Of a DNA stretch of 64,000 nucleotides, positions 20,818-32,552 are shown piece by piece. This DNA is from Acetobacteraceae bacterium (GTDB taxonomy: Bacteria > Pseudomonadota > Alphaproteobacteria > Acetobacterales > Acetobacteraceae). The stretch is taken from NCBI GenBank assembly GCA_965213855.1, contig CBDCAA010000002.1, positions 8,401 through 72,400 of the forward strand, given 5' to 3'. How positions within the stretch are numbered: the stretch's first letter is position 1; each line of letters opens with the position of its first letter. The notes under the pieces are model-generated. The model made no database searches and had not been told where the DNA came from. It was given only the letters and a program-made list of their open reading frames with translations. A program made the translations under genes and the position numbers.

Positions 20818-21415
20818 CGGCCGTCTCCCCGGCCTCGACGGCCTCGCGCTTGCCGAGGATGTCGGCCACTTTCTTGCCGCGGCGGGCGGCCACGCTGCGC
20901 GGGCTGCCGCACCGCTGCAGGGCCGCGAAGGTGGCCTTGACCATGTTGTGCGGATTGCGGCTGCCGAGCGACTTGGCCACCACGTCGCCGATGCCCAGCG
21001 TCTCGAACACCGCGCGCATCGGGCCGCCGGCGATGATGCCGGTGCCGGCCGTCGCCGAGCGCAGCACCACGTGCCCGGCGCCGAACACGCCCTCCACGTC
21101 GTGATGGAGCGTGCGGCCTTCCTTCATCGGCACCCGGATCAGTGCGCGCTTGGCCCGCTCGGTCGCCTTGCGGATCGCCTCCGGCACCTCGCGCGCCTTG
21201 CCGGCGCCGTAGCCCACGCGCCCCTTCTGGTCACCAACGACAACGAGCGCCGCGAACGCGAACCGCCGGCCGCCCTTCACCACCTTGGCCACGCGGTTGA
21301 TCGTGACCAGCTTGTCGATCAGCTCGTCGCCGCCGTCATGGTCGCCGCCGCCGCCGCGCCGATCGCGATCGCGTCCGCCGCGGTTGCCGCCGCCGTCCCG
21401 TGCTTCCCGTGCCAT
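20810..21415 (-). CDS. rpsE: 30S ribosomal protein S5 (Arg/Gly-rich N-terminal extension)
   Basis: ...[31 protein letters not shown]... Confidence 0.96.
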   Translation of the reverse strand: MAREARDGGGNRGGRDRDRRGGGGDHDGGDELIDKLVTINRVAKVVKGGRRFAFAALVVVGDQKGRVGYGAGKAREVPEAIRKATERAKRALIRVPMKEGRTLHHDVEGVFGAGHVVLRSATAGTGIIAGGPMRAVFETLGIGDVVAKSLGSRNPHNMVKATFAALQRCGSPRSVAARRGKKVADILGKREAVEAGETADV

Positions 21416-21426
21416 ATCGATCGCTC

Positions 21427-21789
21427 CTAGAACGCCAGCCCGGCTTCACGGGCGGCGTCGGCCAGCGCCTTGACGCGGCCGTGATACAAATAAGCGCCGC
21501 GGTCGAACACGACCATCGTCACCCCGGCCGCGGTCGCCCGCTCGGCCACCAGCTTGCCGACCGCCGCCGCCGCCGACCGGTCCGCGCCCGTCTTCAGACC
21601 CGTCTTCAGGTCCTTGTCGAGGCTGGATGCCGCGGCCAGCGTGCGGCCTTGCTGGTCATCGATCACCTGCGCGTAGATGTGCTTGCCCGAGCGGAACACC
21701 GACAGGCGCGGACGCCCGGCCGACTTCTGCCGCAACTGGTAGCGCAGGCGCTGCTGCCGGCGCGCCTTCAAATCATATGTCGCGGCCAT
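21427..21789 (-). CDS. rplR: 50S ribosomal protein L18
   Basis: 120 aa, canonical position and sequence. Confidence 0.96.
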   Translation of the reverse strand: MAATYDLKARRQQRLRYQLRQKSAGRPRLSVFRSGKHIYAQVIDDQQGRTLAAASSLDKDLKTGLKTGADRSAAAAVGKLVAERATAAGVTMVVFDRGAYLYHGRVKALADAAREAGLAF

Positions 21790-21790
21790 C

Positions 21791-22324
21791 TTACTTCTTC
21801 TTGCCTTCCTTGCGCCGGATCTGCTCGCCGTCGTACTTCACGCCCTTGCCCTTGTATGGCTCGGGCGGGCGATACGCCCGGATCTCGGCGGCGACCTGCC
21901 CGACAAGCCGCTTGTCGACGCCCGTGATCACGATCGCGGTCGGGCGCGGCGTGGTGATCGTGATGCCTTCCGGCACCGGATAGACGACATCGTGCGAGAA
22001 GCCCAGGTTCACGACCAGGTTCTTGCCCTGCACCGAGGCGCGGAACCCGGTCCCGGTAATCTCGAGCGTCTTGGTGAACCCCTCCGAGACGCCCTTGACC
22101 ATGCTGGCCACCAGCGCCCGCGTCGTGCCCCACATCATCCGGTTCTGCGTCGCGTTGGTGCGCGGCGTCACCGTGATCTTGCCGTCCTCGATCGATGCGT
22201 CGACCAGGTCCGTCAGCGGCAGGCTCAGCATGCCGAGCTTGCCCTTCACCTGGAACACGCGCTCGGCCAGGGTGGCCGTCACCCCCGCCGGAACATCGAC
22301 GGGATACTTGCCTACACGAGACAT
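21791..22324 (-). CDS. rplF: 50S ribosomal protein L6
   Basis: [19 protein letters not shown]... Confidence 0.97.
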   Translation of the reverse strand: MSRVGKYPVDVPAGVTATLAERVFQVKGKLGMLSLPLTDLVDASIEDGKITVTPRTNATQNRMMWGTTRALVASMVKGVSEGFTKTLEITGTGFRASVQGKNLVVNLGFSHDVVYPVPEGITITTPRPTAIVITGVDKRLVGQVAAEIRAYRPPEPYKGKGVKYDGEQIRRKEGKKK

Positions 22325-22338
22325 GTCTGCATCCCTCC

Positions 22339-22737
22339 TTAGAAGACCCGGAACAGCACTTCGCCGCCCACGTTGGCCGCGCGCGCCTCGCCATCGGACA
22401 GAACGCCACGCGGGGTCGACAGGATCGACACGCCGAGCCCGGCATAGACCCGCGGCAGCTCCTTGATCTTCGAATAGACCCGGCGGCCCGGCTTGGACAC
22501 GCGGGTGATCTCCTTGATCACCGGCTCGCCCTCGTTATACTTCAGCTCGATGCGAAGCTGCGCCACCCCAGGCCGCAGCTCCTCGGCCGAGTAGCCCCGG
22601 ATGAAGCCTTCGCGCTTCAACGCCTCGAGCACGTTGGCGCGCAGTTTCGACGCCGGGGCCACGCACATCGCGTGCCGGCTGCGTTGCGCGTTGCGGATGC
22701 GGGTGATCATGTCACCCAGCGGATCGGACATCGACAT
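22339..22737 (-). CDS. rpsH: 30S ribosomal protein S8
   Basis: [18 protein letters not shown]... Confidence 0.97.
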   Translation of the reverse strand: MSMSDPLGDMITRIRNAQRSRHAMCVAPASKLRANVLEALKREGFIRGYSAEELRPGVAQLRIELKYNEGEPVIKEITRVSKPGRRVYSKIKELPRVYAGLGVSILSTPRGVLSDGEARAANVGGEVLFRVF

Positions 22738-22746
22738 CGCGCGCTC

Positions 22747-23052
22747 CTACCAGCTCGCCTTGACGACGCCGGGCAACATCCCGGTGTTCGCCAGCTGCCG
22801 CAGCATGTTCCGCGACAGCTTGAACTTGCGATAGTTGCCGCGCGCCCGCCCGGTCAGGGCACAGCGCAGCTTGATCCGCACCGCCGCCCCGTTGCGCGGC
22901 ATCTCGGCCAGCTTGATCGACGCCTCGAACCGGTCCTCGACCGCCGCCGAGCGGTCCATCACCCGGGCCTTCAGCTCAGCCCGCTTGCCCTTGTCGCGGG
23001 CCGTCATCTTCTCCCGCTTCTCGTTGCGGTTCACCGACGATGTCTTCGCCAT
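22747..23052 (-). CDS. rpsN: 30S ribosomal protein S14 (long, non-zinc type)
   Basis: [16 protein letters not shown]...KASW. Confidence 0.96.
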   Translation of the reverse strand: MAKTSSVNRNEKREKMTARDKGKRAELKARVMDRSAAVEDRFEASIKLAEMPRNGAAVRIKLRCALTGRARGNYRKFKLSRNMLRQLANTGMLPGVVKASW

Positions 23053-23138
23053 ACCCTGCTACTCCTCGGAACCTGCCGCCTCCAGCCCCTGAGTGGCTGG
23101 CGGCAGACGGTTTTCCAAACGCGTTGAACCCAGAAGCC

Positions 23139-23858
23139 TCAGAGCTTGGCGCCCTCGGGCTGGAACGGAATGTCGAGCGCCTTCAGCAGCGCCTTCGCCT
23201 CGACGTTCGTCTTGGCGGTGGTCACGAAGATGATGTCCATGCCGCGCACGTCCGTCACCTTGTCGTAATCGATCTCCGGGAAGATGATCTGCTCCTTCAG
23301 CCCCATGGCGAAGTTGCCCCGGCCGTCGAAACCCTTGTTGGCCGGGATCCCACGGAAGTCGCGCACCCGCGGCAGCGCAATCGTCACCAGCCGGTCCAGG
23401 AACTCATACATGCGGGCCGAACGCAGCGTGACCTTGCAGCCGATCGGCAGGCCCGCGCGGATCTTGAACCCGGCGATCGCCTTCTTGGCGACGGTCTTCA
23501 CCGGCTTCTGACCGGCGATCAGCATCAACTCGGCAACCGCGGAATCGAGCTTCTTCTGGTCGCCCGCCGCCTCCCCCACACCCATGTTGATGACGATCTT
23601 CTCGAGCTTCGGCACTTCCATCGGGTTGGAGTACTTGAACTCGTCCTGCAGCTTGGCGCGGATCTCGTCGCGGTAGCGCTTCTGCATCCGCGGCGTCTCC
23701 TTCGGCGCCGACGCGACCTTGCCGGCGGCGACGTTCACGCCCTCGGTCTTCTTGCCGCGCGCTTCCTTGGCCGGTACCGCCATGCCGGGGCCGCCCTTGT
23801 TGCCGCCCTTGCCGCCGGCAGGCGCGCCCGCCTTGCCCTTGTTCTTGCTGTCGCTCAT
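23139..23858 (-). CDS. rplE: 50S ribosomal protein L5, apparently with a 57-aa Lys/Gly/Ala-rich N-terminal extension
   Basis: The L5 core starts at [17 protein letters not shown] (ATG 23687, preceded by AAGGAGA). The in-frame upstream 171 nt back to ATG 23858 have coding-like high-GC third positions and leave only 4 nt to the rplX stop. The start is therefore ambiguous. Confidence 0.9.
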   Translation of the reverse strand: MSDSKNKGKAGAPAGGKGGNKGGPGMAVPAKEARGKKTEGVNVAAGKVASAPKETPRMQKRYRDEIRAKLQDEFKYSNPMEVPKLEKIVINMGVGEAAGDQKKLDSAVAELMLIAGQKPVKTVAKKAIAGFKIRAGLPIGCKVTLRSARMYEFLDRLVTIALPRVRDFRGIPANKGFDGRGNFAMGLKEQIIFPEIDYDKVTDVRGMDIIFVTTAKTNVEAKALLKALDIPFQPEGAKL

Positions 23859-23862
23859 GTCC

Positions 23863-24183
23863 TCAGCCCTCGATCACGTCGCCGCTGCCCCGGGCGAAAC
23901 GGACCTTCCGCCCATCATCCAGAACCCGGAACCCGACGCGGGTCGGCTTGTCCGTCTTGGGGTCGATCAGCGCCAGGTTCGACAGATGGATCGTCGCCTC
24001 CTGCTCGATGATCCCGCCCGGCTTTCCCATGCCCTGCGCCTTCGTGTGGCGCTTGGCGATGTTGACGCCCTGCACGATCGCCCGGTCGTCCTTCGGCCGC
24101 ACCGCGAGCACTTCGCCCCGCTTGCCCTTGTCGGCGCCCGTGATCACCACGACCCGGTCGCCCTTACGGATGCGCGCGGCCAT
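23863..24183 (-). CDS. rplX: 50S ribosomal protein L24
   Basis: Track ORF trimmed to ATG 24183 (ATGA overlap with the rplN stop). [25 protein letters not shown]... Confidence 0.95.
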   Translation of the reverse strand: MAARIRKGDRVVVITGADKGKRGEVLAVRPKDDRAIVQGVNIAKRHTKAQGMGKPGGIIEQEATIHLSNLALIDPKTDKPTRVGFRVLDDGRKVRFARGSGDVIEG

Positions 24184-24551
24184 CACAGCACCTCCGGCGC
24201 AAGCGAGATGATCTTCATAAACTTCTTGCCGCGCAGCTCGCGCACGACCGGGCCGAAGATGCGGGTGCCGATCGGCTCCTGCGACTTGTTGATCAGCACG
24301 GCCGCGTTCTTGTCGAAACGGATCGCCGAGCCGTCCGGCCGCCGCACCGGGAAGCTGGTCCGCACGATCACCGCCTGGTGCACGTCGCCCTTCTTCACCT
24401 TGCCGCGCGGGATCGCTTCCTTGATCGACACGACGATCACGTCGCCGACCGAAGCCGTCTTGCGCTTGCTGCCGCCCAATACCTTGATGCACTGCACGCG
24501 GCGCGCACCGGAGTTGTCGGCGACTTCGAGATTGGACTCGACCTGGATCAT
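24183..24551 (-). CDS. rplN: 50S ribosomal protein L14
   Basis: [27 protein letters not shown]... Confidence 0.98.
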   Translation of the reverse strand: MIQVESNLEVADNSGARRVQCIKVLGGSKRKTASVGDVIVVSIKEAIPRGKVKKGDVHQAVIVRTSFPVRRPDGSAIRFDKNAAVLINKSQEPIGTRIFGPVVRELRGKKFMKIISLAPEVL

Positions 24552-24563
24552 TGCCCGCTCTCC

Positions 24564-24965
24564 CTACGCCGACGGCTGCTGCGCTTGCGCGTCGGCCGCC
24601 TGCTCGCGATGTTCGATCACCGCCTCGGCCGCTTCGCGCTGCGCGACGGTCTCCGGCGCCTCAGGCGCCTCGACCATGTGCACCGTGACCCGGTCCGGCC
24701 GCTCGAACCCGACCGGCCGAACCACCGGGTCGGCGTTCCGCTCAACCAGCAGCCACGTCTTGCGCTTGCTGATCGGACGGCACTCCTCGATCCGCACCTG
24801 GTCGCCGACCTTGCAGACGTTCTGCTCGTCATGCGCCGCATAGCTCTTGGACCGCCGGATGAACTTCTTGTACAGCGGATGGATCACGCGGCGCTCGACC
24901 AAGACCGTGATGGTCTTGTCCTGCTTGTCGCTCGTCACTCGCCCCGTCAGGACGCGCCTCGGCAT
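24564..24965 (-). CDS. rpsQ: 30S ribosomal protein S17 with about 55-aa acidic/Ala-rich C-terminal extension
   Basis: The S17 core [26 protein letters not shown]...[15 protein letters not shown] continues in frame to 133 aa. Confidence 0.93.
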   Translation of the reverse strand: MPRRVLTGRVTSDKQDKTITVLVERRVIHPLYKKFIRRSKSYAAHDEQNVCKVGDQVRIEECRPISKRKTWLLVERNADPVVRPVGFERPDRVTVHMVEAPEAPETVAQREAAEAVIEHREQAADAQAQQPSA

Positions 24966-24977
24966 CGCCCTTCTCCC

Positions 24978-25184
24978 TTATTTCTTCACAGCGGAACGCG
25001 CACGTTCCGACTGGATGGTCTTCACACGCGCGATGTCGCGGCGCACCTTGCGCACGCGGCCCACGCCCTCGGTCTGGCCCGTCGCGGCCTGGAAGCGCAG
25101 GTTGAACTGCTCCTTGCGCAGGTCCAGCAGCATCGCGGCCTGCTCGTCGGCGCTCTTGGCCCGGATGTCGGTCGCCTTGGTCAT
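24978..25184 (-). CDS. rpmC: 50S ribosomal protein L29
   Basis: Track ORF trimmed to ATG 25184. [32 protein letters not shown]... Confidence 0.95.
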   Translation of the reverse strand: MTKATDIRAKSADEQAAMLLDLRKEQFNLRFQAATGQTEGVGRVRKVRRDIARVKTIQSERARSAVKK

Positions 25185-25186
25185 GG

Positions 25187-25603
25187 TCAACCCTCGCCCA
25201 CGCGGGTGATGAACTTGGTCCGGATCGGCAGCTTGGCCGCGCCCAGCGCCAGCGACTCCTTCGCCAGTTCGGGCGAGACGCCGTCGATCTCGAACATGAT
25301 CCGGCCGGGCTTCACCCGCGCGACCCAGAACTCCGGGCTGCCCTTGCCCGAGCCCATCCGCACCTCGGCCGGCTTCTGCGACACCGGCACGTCCGGGAAT
25401 ATCCGAATCCACACACGCCCGGCACGCTTCATGGAACGTGTGATCGCCCGCCGCGCCGCTTCGATCTGCCGCGCCGTCACCCGCTCGGGCTCGAGCGCCT
25501 TCAGGCCGAACGTGCCGAAATTCAGCGCCGTGCCGCCCTTCGCCAGGCCGTGGATGCGGCCCTTATGAGCCTTGCGGTACTTGGTCCGCTTGGGAGAAAG
25601 CAT
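25187..25603 (-). CDS. rplP: 50S ribosomal protein L16
   Basis: [24 protein letters not shown]... Confidence 0.98.
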   Translation of the reverse strand: MLSPKRTKYRKAHKGRIHGLAKGGTALNFGTFGLKALEPERVTARQIEAARRAITRSMKRAGRVWIRIFPDVPVSQKPAEVRMGSGKGSPEFWVARVKPGRIMFEIDGVSPELAKESLALGAAKLPIRTKFITRVGEG

Positions 25604-25615
25604 GTTCCTACGTCC

Positions 25616-26293
25616 TTACCGCTGCGGCGCCTGCTCGGCGGCCCGGCGATCCTGCGCCATCGGGTCCTGCGCCAGGATCTCGCCCTTGAAGATCCACACC
25701 TTCACGCCGCACGTGCCATACGTCGTCTTGGCCGTCGCCACGCCGAAGTCGATGTCCGCCCGAAGCGTATGCAGCGGCACCCGGCCCTCGCGGTACCACT
25801 CGGTCCGCGCGATCTCGGCCCCGCCGAGGCGTCCGCCGCAGTTGATCCGGATGCCCTGCGCGCCCAGCCGCATCGCCGACTGCACCGCCCGCTTCATCGC
25901 GCGGCGGAACGCCACCCGGCGCTCCAGCTGCTGGGCGATGTTCTCGGCCACCAGCGTCGCGTCGATCTCGGGCTTGCGGATCTCGACGATGTTCAGGCTC
26001 ACCTCGGCCTTGGCCATCTTGGCGAGGTCCTTGCGGAGCACCTCGATGTCCTGGCCCTTCTTGCCGATGACCACGCCGGGCCGGGCAGCATAGATCGTCA
26101 CCCGCGGCTTCTTGGCCGGACGCTCGATCACGACGCGCGATACGCCGGCGCCGGAGAGCTTCTTGCGAAGGTGCTCCCGCAGTTTGATGTCGGCCAACAG
26201 CAGCTTGCTGTAGTCGGCGCCGGCATACCAACGGCTGTCCCACGTGCGGTTGATGCCGAGCCGCAGCCCGATCGGATTGACCTTGTGTCCCAT
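25616..26293 (-). CDS. rpsC: 30S ribosomal protein S3
   Basis: [24 protein letters not shown]... Confidence 0.98.
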   Translation of the reverse strand: MGHKVNPIGLRLGINRTWDSRWYAGADYSKLLLADIKLREHLRKKLSGAGVSRVVIERPAKKPRVTIYAARPGVVIGKKGQDIEVLRKDLAKMAKAEVSLNIVEIRKPEIDATLVAENIAQQLERRVAFRRAMKRAVQSAMRLGAQGIRINCGGRLGGAEIARTEWYREGRVPLHTLRADIDFGVATAKTTYGTCGVKVWIFKGEILAQDPMAQDRRAAEQAPQR

Positions 26294-26296
26294 GGC

Positions 26297-26704
26297 TTAC
26301 GCCTTCCCCTCGGACGCGCGCGCATCCGGCATCTGTGCCTGCTCGCTCACCACGATCCGCAAATGGCTGAACCACTTCTCGATCCGCGATGCGCGCCCGC
26401 GGCCGCGCGCCATGAAGCGGCGCATCACGATCGACTTGCCCACCTCGGCCCGGCTGACGACCAGGCGGTCGACGTCGAGCTGGTGGTTGTTCTCGGCGTT
26501 CGCGATCGCGCTCTGCAGCGTCTTCTTCACCTGCACCGCGATGCGCCGCTTGCTGAACGTCAATGTCGCGACGGCCTGCGACGCCGGCTGGTTGCGGATC
26601 AGCCCCGCGACCAGGTTCAGCTTCTGCGGGCTGATGCGGATGTTGCGCAGCACGGCCTCGGCCTGATGGTCGGCGAGCGTGCGCGGATGCTTCGGCTTGC
26701 TCAT
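26297..26704 (-). CDS. rplV: 50S ribosomal protein L22
   Basis: 135 aa, ...[20 protein letters not shown]... Confidence 0.96.
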   Translation of the reverse strand: MSKPKHPRTLADHQAEAVLRNIRISPQKLNLVAGLIRNQPASQAVATLTFSKRRIAVQVKKTLQSAIANAENNHQLDVDRLVVSRAEVGKSIVMRRFMARGRGRASRIEKWFSHLRIVVSEQAQMPDARASEGKA

Positions 26705-26705
26705 G

Positions 26706-26984
26706 TCAGCCTCGCTTCGCCTTCTTGTCCGAGGTATGCCCGGTGAAGGTCCGCGTCGGCGAGAACTCGCCGAACTTGTGGCCCACCATGTTCTCGTTCA
26801 CCTGCACCGGCAGGAACTTGTGGCCGTTGTAGACGCCGAACGTCAGGCCCACGAACTGCGGTAAAATCGTGCTGCGGCGCGACCAGATCTTGATGATCTC
26901 GTTGCGGCCGGACGCGCGGGCCGCCTCGGCCTTGCCCAGCATGTACCCGTCGACGAACGGGCCCTTCCACGTCGAGCGCGCCAT
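26706..26984 (-). CDS. rpsS: 30S ribosomal protein S19
   Basis: [16 protein letters not shown]... Confidence 0.98.
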   Translation of the reverse strand: MARSTWKGPFVDGYMLGKAEAARASGRNEIIKIWSRRSTILPQFVGLTFGVYNGHKFLPVQVNENMVGHKFGEFSPTRTFTGHTSDKKAKRG

Positions 26985-26985
26985 G

Positions 26986-27819
26986 TCAGTGCTTTCCCTT
27001 CGGACGACGCCGGATGATCAGGCTGTCGGTCCGCTTGTTGACGCGAGTCTTGTAGCCCTTCGTCGGCTTGCCCCAAGGCGTCACCGGATGCCGGCCGCCC
27101 GACGTCCGGCCCTCGCCGCCACCATGCGGATGGTCGACCGGGTTCATCACCACGCCACGGTTATGCGGCCGGCGGCCCAGCCAACGGTTGCGCCCGGCCT
27201 TGCCGAGGCTCTGGTTCTGGTTGTCCGGGTTGCTCACCGCGCCCACGGTCGCCATGCACTCGGCCCGCACGACCCGCAACTCGCCCGATTGCAGCTTGAT
27301 CTGCGCGTAACCGGCGTCCTTGCCGACCAGCTGCGCATAGCAACCCGCCGCGCGCGCCATCTTGCCGCCGCCGCCGATCTTCATCTCCACGTTGTGGATG
27401 ATGGTGCCCACCGGGATCGCACCCATCGGCATCGCGTTGCCGGGCTTGATGTCGACCCGGGCGCCCGCCACCACCTTGTCGCCGGCCTTCAGCCGCTGCG
27501 GTGCCAGGATGTAGCTCAGCTCGCCATCGTCATACTTGATCAGCGCGATGAACGCCGAGCGGTTCGGGTCATACTCGAGCCGTTCCACCGTGGCGGAGAC
27601 GTCGTACTTGCGCCGCTTGAAGTCGACGAAGCGGTAGGACTGCTTGTGCCCGCCGCCGCGGAAGAAGCTCGTGGTGCGGCCATGGTTGTTGCGGCCGCCC
27701 GACTTGTTCTTGCCCTCGGTCAGCGTCTTGACCGGCTTGCCCTTCCACAGCTCGCTGCGGTCGATCAGCACGGTGCCGCGCAGGCTGGCGGTGACCGGGT
27801 TGAATTGCTTGAGTGCCAT
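26986..27819 (-). CDS. rplB: 50S ribosomal protein L2
   Basis: [29 protein letters not shown]... Confidence 0.98.
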   Translation of the reverse strand: MALKQFNPVTASLRGTVLIDRSELWKGKPVKTLTEGKNKSGGRNNHGRTTSFFRGGGHKQSYRFVDFKRRKYDVSATVERLEYDPNRSAFIALIKYDDGELSYILAPQRLKAGDKVVAGARVDIKPGNAMPMGAIPVGTIIHNVEMKIGGGGKMARAAGCYAQLVGKDAGYAQIKLQSGELRVVRAECMATVGAVSNPDNQNQSLGKAGRNRWLGRRPHNRGVVMNPVDHPHGGGEGRTSGGRHPVTPWGKPTKGYKTRVNKRTDSLIIRRRPKGKH

Positions 27820-27831
27820 CTGCCGGGTTCC

Positions 27832-28173
27832 TCAGCTCAAGCCCGTGGACATGTCGATCGACTGTCCCTCGGCCAGCTGCACATACGCCTTCTTCACGTC
27901 CGAGCGGACGCCGGGCCGGCCACGGAAGCGCTTGGTCTTGCCCTTCTGCACCAGCGTGTTCACGCCCAGCACCTTGACGCCGAACAGCCCCTCGACGGCC
28001 GCCTTGATCTCGGTCTTCGTCGCCTCGATCGCAACCCGGAACACGAACTGGTTGCGCTCGCTCACCAGCGTCGCCTTCTCCGTCACGACCGGGGCGCGGA
28101 CGACGTTGAACATCGCTTCCCGCGACATCGTGGCCGCGCGCTTGCGGGCGGCCTGGACCTGACGGACGCTCAT
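27832..28173 (-). CDS. rplW: 50S ribosomal protein L23
   Basis: L23 core [14 protein letters not shown]... ATG 28173 has a GAGGAGA Shine-Dalgarno and an ATGA overlap with rplD. The alternative ATG 28128 lacks a Shine-Dalgarno. Confidence 0.93.
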   Translation of the reverse strand: MSVRQVQAARKRAATMSREAMFNVVRAPVVTEKATLVSERNQFVFRVAIEATKTEIKAAVEGLFGVKVLGVNTLVQKGKTKRFRGRPGVRSDVKKAYVQLAEGQSIDMSTGLS

Positions 28174-28847
28174 GCCGCGCTCTCCTCAGGGGAACCCGTC
28201 AGGACACCCGGCTCCACGGCGTGGCCCTTCGGCCCGAGGCGCGTCTTCAGGCCCTCGACGCCCGCCGTCGTCACGACCAGAACGTCGTGACGGATAATGT
28301 CGTAGACGTTGGCGCCGACCGTCGGCAGCACGTTGAAACCGACGATGTTCGAACTGGCGCGGAGGAACGCCTCGTCCACCGTGCCGTCGACGAACAGCGC
28401 GCTCTTCCACCCGTGCTGCACCAGCTTGGCGCGCAACTCCTTCGTCTTGCCGGACATACCGGCGACGCTCTCCATCACCACCAGCTTGCCCTCGGCCTGC
28501 TTCTGCGACAGCGCGCTGATCAGCCCGAGGCGGCGGACCTTCTTGGGCAGATCGAACCCATGGTCGCGCACGACCGGGCCATGGACGGCGCCGCCGGTGC
28601 GAAACTGCGGCGCGCGCAGGCTGCCCTGGCGGGCGTTGCCGGTGCCCTTCTGCTTGTAGGGCTTCCGCGTCGTGCCCGAGACCTCGCCCATGCCCTTCAC
28701 CTTGTGGGTGCCGGCCCGGCGCTTCATGAGCTGCCACTGGATCACCCGGGCGATGATGTCGCGCCGCGGCTGGGCCGCGAACAGCTCGTCCGGCAACTCG
28801 ACCGACCCGGCCGAACCCCCGCCCAAGGTTGTGATATCGATCTGCAT
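28170..28847 (-). CDS. rplD: 50S ribosomal protein L4
   Basis: Track ORF trimmed to ATG 28847 ([23 protein letters not shown]), 10 nt after the rplC stop. Confidence 0.95.
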   Translation of the reverse strand: MQIDITTLGGGSAGSVELPDELFAAQPRRDIIARVIQWQLMKRRAGTHKVKGMGEVSGTTRKPYKQKGTGNARQGSLRAPQFRTGGAVHGPVVRDHGFDLPKKVRRLGLISALSQKQAEGKLVVMESVAGMSGKTKELRAKLVQHGWKSALFVDGTVDEAFLRASSNIVGFNVLPTVGANVYDIIRHDVLVVTTAGVEGLKTRLGPKGHAVEPGVLTGSPEESAA

Positions 28848-28857
28848 CGTCTCGTCC

Positions 28858-29586
28858 TTAAGCCTGGGCCGGTTGTTCAGGCGCTTGCACGGCAGCCGCC
28901 TGGCGCACGGCGGCCGGATATGGCGCATCGGCATGCCGCGCCTTCTTGATCGCGTCCCGCACCAGCACGTAGCCGTTCTTCGCCCCCGGCACCGCGCCGC
29001 GCACCATCAGCAGCCCGCGGGCAACGTCGACCCCGGCCACCTCCAGGTTCAACGTCGTCACCCGCTCCTGCCCCAGGTGCCCGGCCATCTTCTTGTTCTT
29101 GAAGGTCTTGCCCGGATCCTGCCGGTTGCCCGTCGAACCATGGCTCCGATGGCTGACGGAAACGCCGTGCGACGCCTCGAGCCCGCGGAAGTTCCAGCGC
29201 TTCATGCCGCCGGCAAAACCCTTGCCCTTGGTAATGCCGCAAACGTCGATCTTCTGCCCGATGACGAAGTGATCAGCGGTGATCACGGCACCGACCTCGA
29301 CCAGCGCGTCAGGCGCACAACGGAACTCGACCAGCTTGGCCTTCGGCTCGACCTTGACGCGGGCGAAGTGGCCCTTGTTCGGCTGGCTCACGTTCTTCAC
29401 CTTCGCCTTGCCCATGCCGAGCTGCAGCGCCGTGTAGCCGTCCCGCTCCACGGTCCGCGCGTCCACCACCGTGACCTCGTCCAGGTGCAGGACCGTCACC
29501 GGCACGTGCGTCCCGTCGTCCTTGAAGAAGCGGGTCATGCCCAGCTTTCTCGCCACCAGTCCCGTGCGGCCATTCCCGATCGTCAT
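28858..29586 (-). CDS. rplC: 50S ribosomal protein L3
   Basis: ...[27 protein letters not shown]... Confidence 0.97.
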   Translation of the reverse strand: MTIGNGRTGLVARKLGMTRFFKDDGTHVPVTVLHLDEVTVVDARTVERDGYTALQLGMGKAKVKNVSQPNKGHFARVKVEPKAKLVEFRCAPDALVEVGAVITADHFVIGQKIDVCGITKGKGFAGGMKRWNFRGLEASHGVSVSHRSHGSTGNRQDPGKTFKNKKMAGHLGQERVTTLNLEVAGVDVARGLLMVRGAVPGAKNGYVLVRDAIKKARHADAPYPAAVRQAAAVQAPEQPAQA

Positions 29587-29596
29587 GGTCCCGCCC

Positions 29597-29905
29597 CTAC
29601 AGCTTGATCTCGACGTCCACGCCGCTCGCCAGGTCGAGCTTCATGAGCGCGTCGACGGTCTGCGGCGTGGGTTCGACGATGTCGAGCAGCCGGCGATGGG
29701 TCCGGATCTCGAACTGCTCGCGGCTTTTCTTGTCGACGTGCGGCGAGCGGTTCACCGTGAACCGCTCGATGTGCGTCGGCAACGGGATCGGGCCACGGAC
29801 CCGTGCACCCGTCCGCTTCGCCGTGTTCACGATCTCCCGCGTGCTGTTATCCAGCACGCGGTGATCGTACGCCTTCAGGCGGATGCGGATGTTCTGGTTG
29901 TCCAT
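29597..29905 (-). CDS. rpsJ: 30S ribosomal protein S10
   Basis: [19 protein letters not shown]... Confidence 0.98.
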   Translation of the reverse strand: MDNQNIRIRLKAYDHRVLDNSTREIVNTAKRTGARVRGPIPLPTHIERFTVNRSPHVDKKSREQFEIRTHRRLLDIVEPTPQTVDALMKLDLASGVDVEIKL

Positions 29906-29934
29906 AGTACTCGTATCCCGACCCGTCCGCTCGA

Positions 29935-31125
29935 TTACTGGGTGATGCTCGCGACGACGCCGGCGCCCACGGTCCGGCCGCCCTCGCGGATGGCGAAGCG
30001 TAGGCCGTCATCCATGGCGATCGGCGCGATCAGCGTGACGTCCATCGAGACGTTGTCGCCCGGCATCACCATCTCGGTCCCGCTCGGCAGCTCCACCACG
30101 CCCGTCACGTCGGTCGTGCGGAAGTAGAATTGCGGGCGGTAGTTGGTGAAGAACGGCGTATGCCGGCCACCCTCTTCTTTCGTCAGGATATAGGCCTCGG
30201 CCTTGAACTTCGTGTGCGGCGTGATCGTGCCGGGCTTGGCCAGCACCTGGCCACGCTCGACGTCCTCGCGCTTGGTGCCGCGCAGCAGCGCGCCGATATT
30301 GTCGCCGGCCTCGCCGCGGTCGAGCAGCTTACGGAACATCTCGACACCGGTGACGATCGTCTTGACCGTGTTCTTGATGCCGACGATCTCGACCTCGTCG
30401 CCGACGTTGACGATCCCGCGCTCGATCCGGCCCGTCACGACGGTGCCGCGGCCCGAGATGCTGAACACGTCCTCGATCGGCATCAAGAAGGGGCGGTCGG
30501 TCGCGCGCAGCGGCTGCGGGATATACTTGTCGACCTCGGCCATCAGCTTCAGGATCGCCTGCTCGCCCAACTCCGGGTTCTTGTCCTCCAGCGCCATCAG
30601 CGCCGAGCCGTGCACGATCGGGATGTCGTCTCCGGGGAACTGATAGGACGAAAGCAGCTCGCGCACCTCCATCTCCACCAGCTCGAGCAGCTCCGGGTCG
30701 TCGACCATGTCGACCTTGTTGAGGAACACCACCAGCGCGGGGACGCCGACCTGGCGGGCCAGCAGGATGTGCTCGCGGGTCTGCGGCATCGGGCCGTCGG
30801 CGGCCGAGACCACCAGGATCGCGCCGTCCATCTGCGCGGCGCCGGTGATCATGTTCTTCACGTAGTCGGCGTGGCCGGGGCAGTCGACGTGGGCGTAGTG
30901 GCGGTTGGCCGTCTCGTACTCGACGTGCGCCGTCGAGATGGTGATGCCACGGGCCCGCTCCTCGGGCGCCTTGTCGATCTGGTCATAGGCCGTGAACGTC
31001 GCCCCGCCCGACTTGGCCAGGATCTTGGTAATCGCCGCCGTCAGCGACGTCTTGCCATGGTCGACGTGACCGATGGTGCCGATGTTGCAGTGCGGCTTGT
31101 TCCGCTCGAATTTCGCCTTGGCCAT
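29935..31125 (-). CDS. tuf: Elongation factor Tu
   Basis: 396 aa, [32 protein letters not shown]... Confidence 0.99.
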   Translation of the reverse strand: MAKAKFERNKPHCNIGTIGHVDHGKTSLTAAITKILAKSGGATFTAYDQIDKAPEERARGITISTAHVEYETANRHYAHVDCPGHADYVKNMITGAAQMDGAILVVSAADGPMPQTREHILLARQVGVPALVVFLNKVDMVDDPELLELVEMEVRELLSSYQFPGDDIPIVHGSALMALEDKNPELGEQAILKLMAEVDKYIPQPLRATDRPFLMPIEDVFSISGRGTVVTGRIERGIVNVGDEVEIVGIKNTVKTIVTGVEMFRKLLDRGEAGDNIGALLRGTKREDVERGQVLAKPGTITPHTKFKAEAYILTKEEGGRHTPFFTNYRPQFYFRTTDVTGVVELPSGTEMVMPGDNVSMDVTLIAPIAMDDGLRFAIREGGRTVGAGVVASITQ

Positions 31126-31186
31126 CTCGTCTCTCCATCGCCCGCCGTCGGCGGCGCCTGAAAGCCTGGGGTTGAACCTGTGTTAA

Positions 31187-31663
31187 CTACCAGCGGTAAT
31201 GGCTGAAGGCCTTGTTGGCCTCCGCCATCCGATGGGTGTCTTCGCGCTTCTTCACCGCCGAGCCGCGGTTGTTGACCGCATCGTGCAGCTCGTTGGACAG
31301 GCGCTCTTCCATCGTGTGTTCGCCACGCTTGCGGGCGCTGTCGATCAGCCAACGAATCGCTAGCGCCTGCCGCCGCTCGGTGCGGACCTCGACCGGCACC
31401 TGATACGTCGCACCACCAACCCGGCGGGACCGCACCTCGACCGCGGGCTTCACGTTGTCGAGCGCCTCGTGGAACAGCCGGACCGGGTCCGCCTGCGCTC
31501 CGCCGCGCTTCTTCAGCACCTCCAGCGCGCCATAGACGATCGTCTCGGCCGCACTTTTCTTCCCGTCATACATCAGCGCGTTCATGAAGCGCGTGACCAC
31601 CAGGTCCCCGAACTTCGCATCCGGCAGGATCTCGCGCTTGATGGCCTTGCGACGACGACTCAT
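31187..31663 (-). CDS. rpsG: 30S ribosomal protein S7
   Basis: [20 protein letters not shown]...HYRW. Confidence 0.98.
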   Translation of the reverse strand: MSRRRKAIKREILPDAKFGDLVVTRFMNALMYDGKKSAAETIVYGALEVLKKRGGAQADPVRLFHEALDNVKPAVEVRSRRVGGATYQVPVEVRTERRQALAIRWLIDSARKRGEHTMEERLSNELHDAVNNRGSAVKKREDTHRMAEANKAFSHYRW

Positions 31664-31675
31664 CGAACCCTCTCC

Positions 31676-32047
31676 CTACTTCGGCCGCTTGGCGCCGTAC
31701 AGCGACCGGCGCTGACGACGCTTCGGCAGGCCCTGCGTGTCGAGCACGCCGCGCAGGATGTGGTAACGCACGCCCGGCAAGTCCTTCACGCGCCCCCCGC
31801 GGATCAGCACGACGCTGTGCTCCTGCAGGTTGTGACCCTCGCCCGGGATGTAGCTCACCACCTCGTAGCCGTTGGTGAGCCGCACCTTCGCGACCTTCCG
31901 CAAAGCCGAGTTCGGCTTCTTCGGCGTCGTCGTGTAGACGCGCGTGCAGACGCCGCGCTTCTGCGGGCAGCCCTCGAGGGCCGGCACCTTGTTGCGCTTC
32001 GGCGCGGGCTCCCGCCCATTGGCAATCAACTGGTTGATGGTCGGCAT
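31676..32047 (-). CDS. rpsL: 30S ribosomal protein S12
   Basis: Track ORF trimmed to ATG 32047 ([14 protein letters not shown]...). Confidence 0.97.
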   Translation of the reverse strand: MPTINQLIANGREPAPKRNKVPALEGCPQKRGVCTRVYTTTPKKPNSALRKVAKVRLTNGYEVVSYIPGEGHNLQEHSVVLIRGGRVKDLPGVRYHILRGVLDTQGLPKRRQRRSLYGAKRPK

Positions 32048-32552
32048 ACTGCCTCTTCCGCTCAAAATCCCGTTCGCCTCGCCCAAAGCCGAGCCCGCCG
32101 TCGATCACAGAAACGCCCCGCAGCCCGGGCCGAGACCCGTCCGCGAAGCCAGTGGGGCATGTGACCTGAGCCGATCCCGAAGGATCGGCGGCGCCACGCG
32201 CTCATCTGTGAGCAACGACCGGCCCGAACGCTCCGGGTCCGCCGAGGGACGGATGCCTACGCCCGACCGGAGGCGGCGTCAAGCGTTCAGTCGCCGCCAA
32301 ACCGCCCGAATGCCTGACCTGCGATGGCAGCCGAGGCTTGCGGGAGACGGCCGTGTCCCGTCTGTGACGACATAGCCGTCCTTGCTGACCCCGCACACAC
32401 GCGCTGGCCTGGATGGCACCCCGAGCATGCTGAGAGCCGTGGGCGATGGCCGTCCCGAACGCGGCCGCCGCTCGGTCACGGGCGCACGATCCCACGCGCG
32501 AGATATGCACTCGCACGTGACCCGCGGGTCACGACAGCCATCGCGCTCCAGG

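Noticed and set aside
23687-23687. Annotating L5 simply from the internal ATG with the strong AAGGAGA Shine-Dalgarno
   Set aside because: Not rejected outright, but the upstream 171 nt have a clear coding-type third-position GC bias and abut rplX. I therefore kept the long form and flagged the ambiguity.
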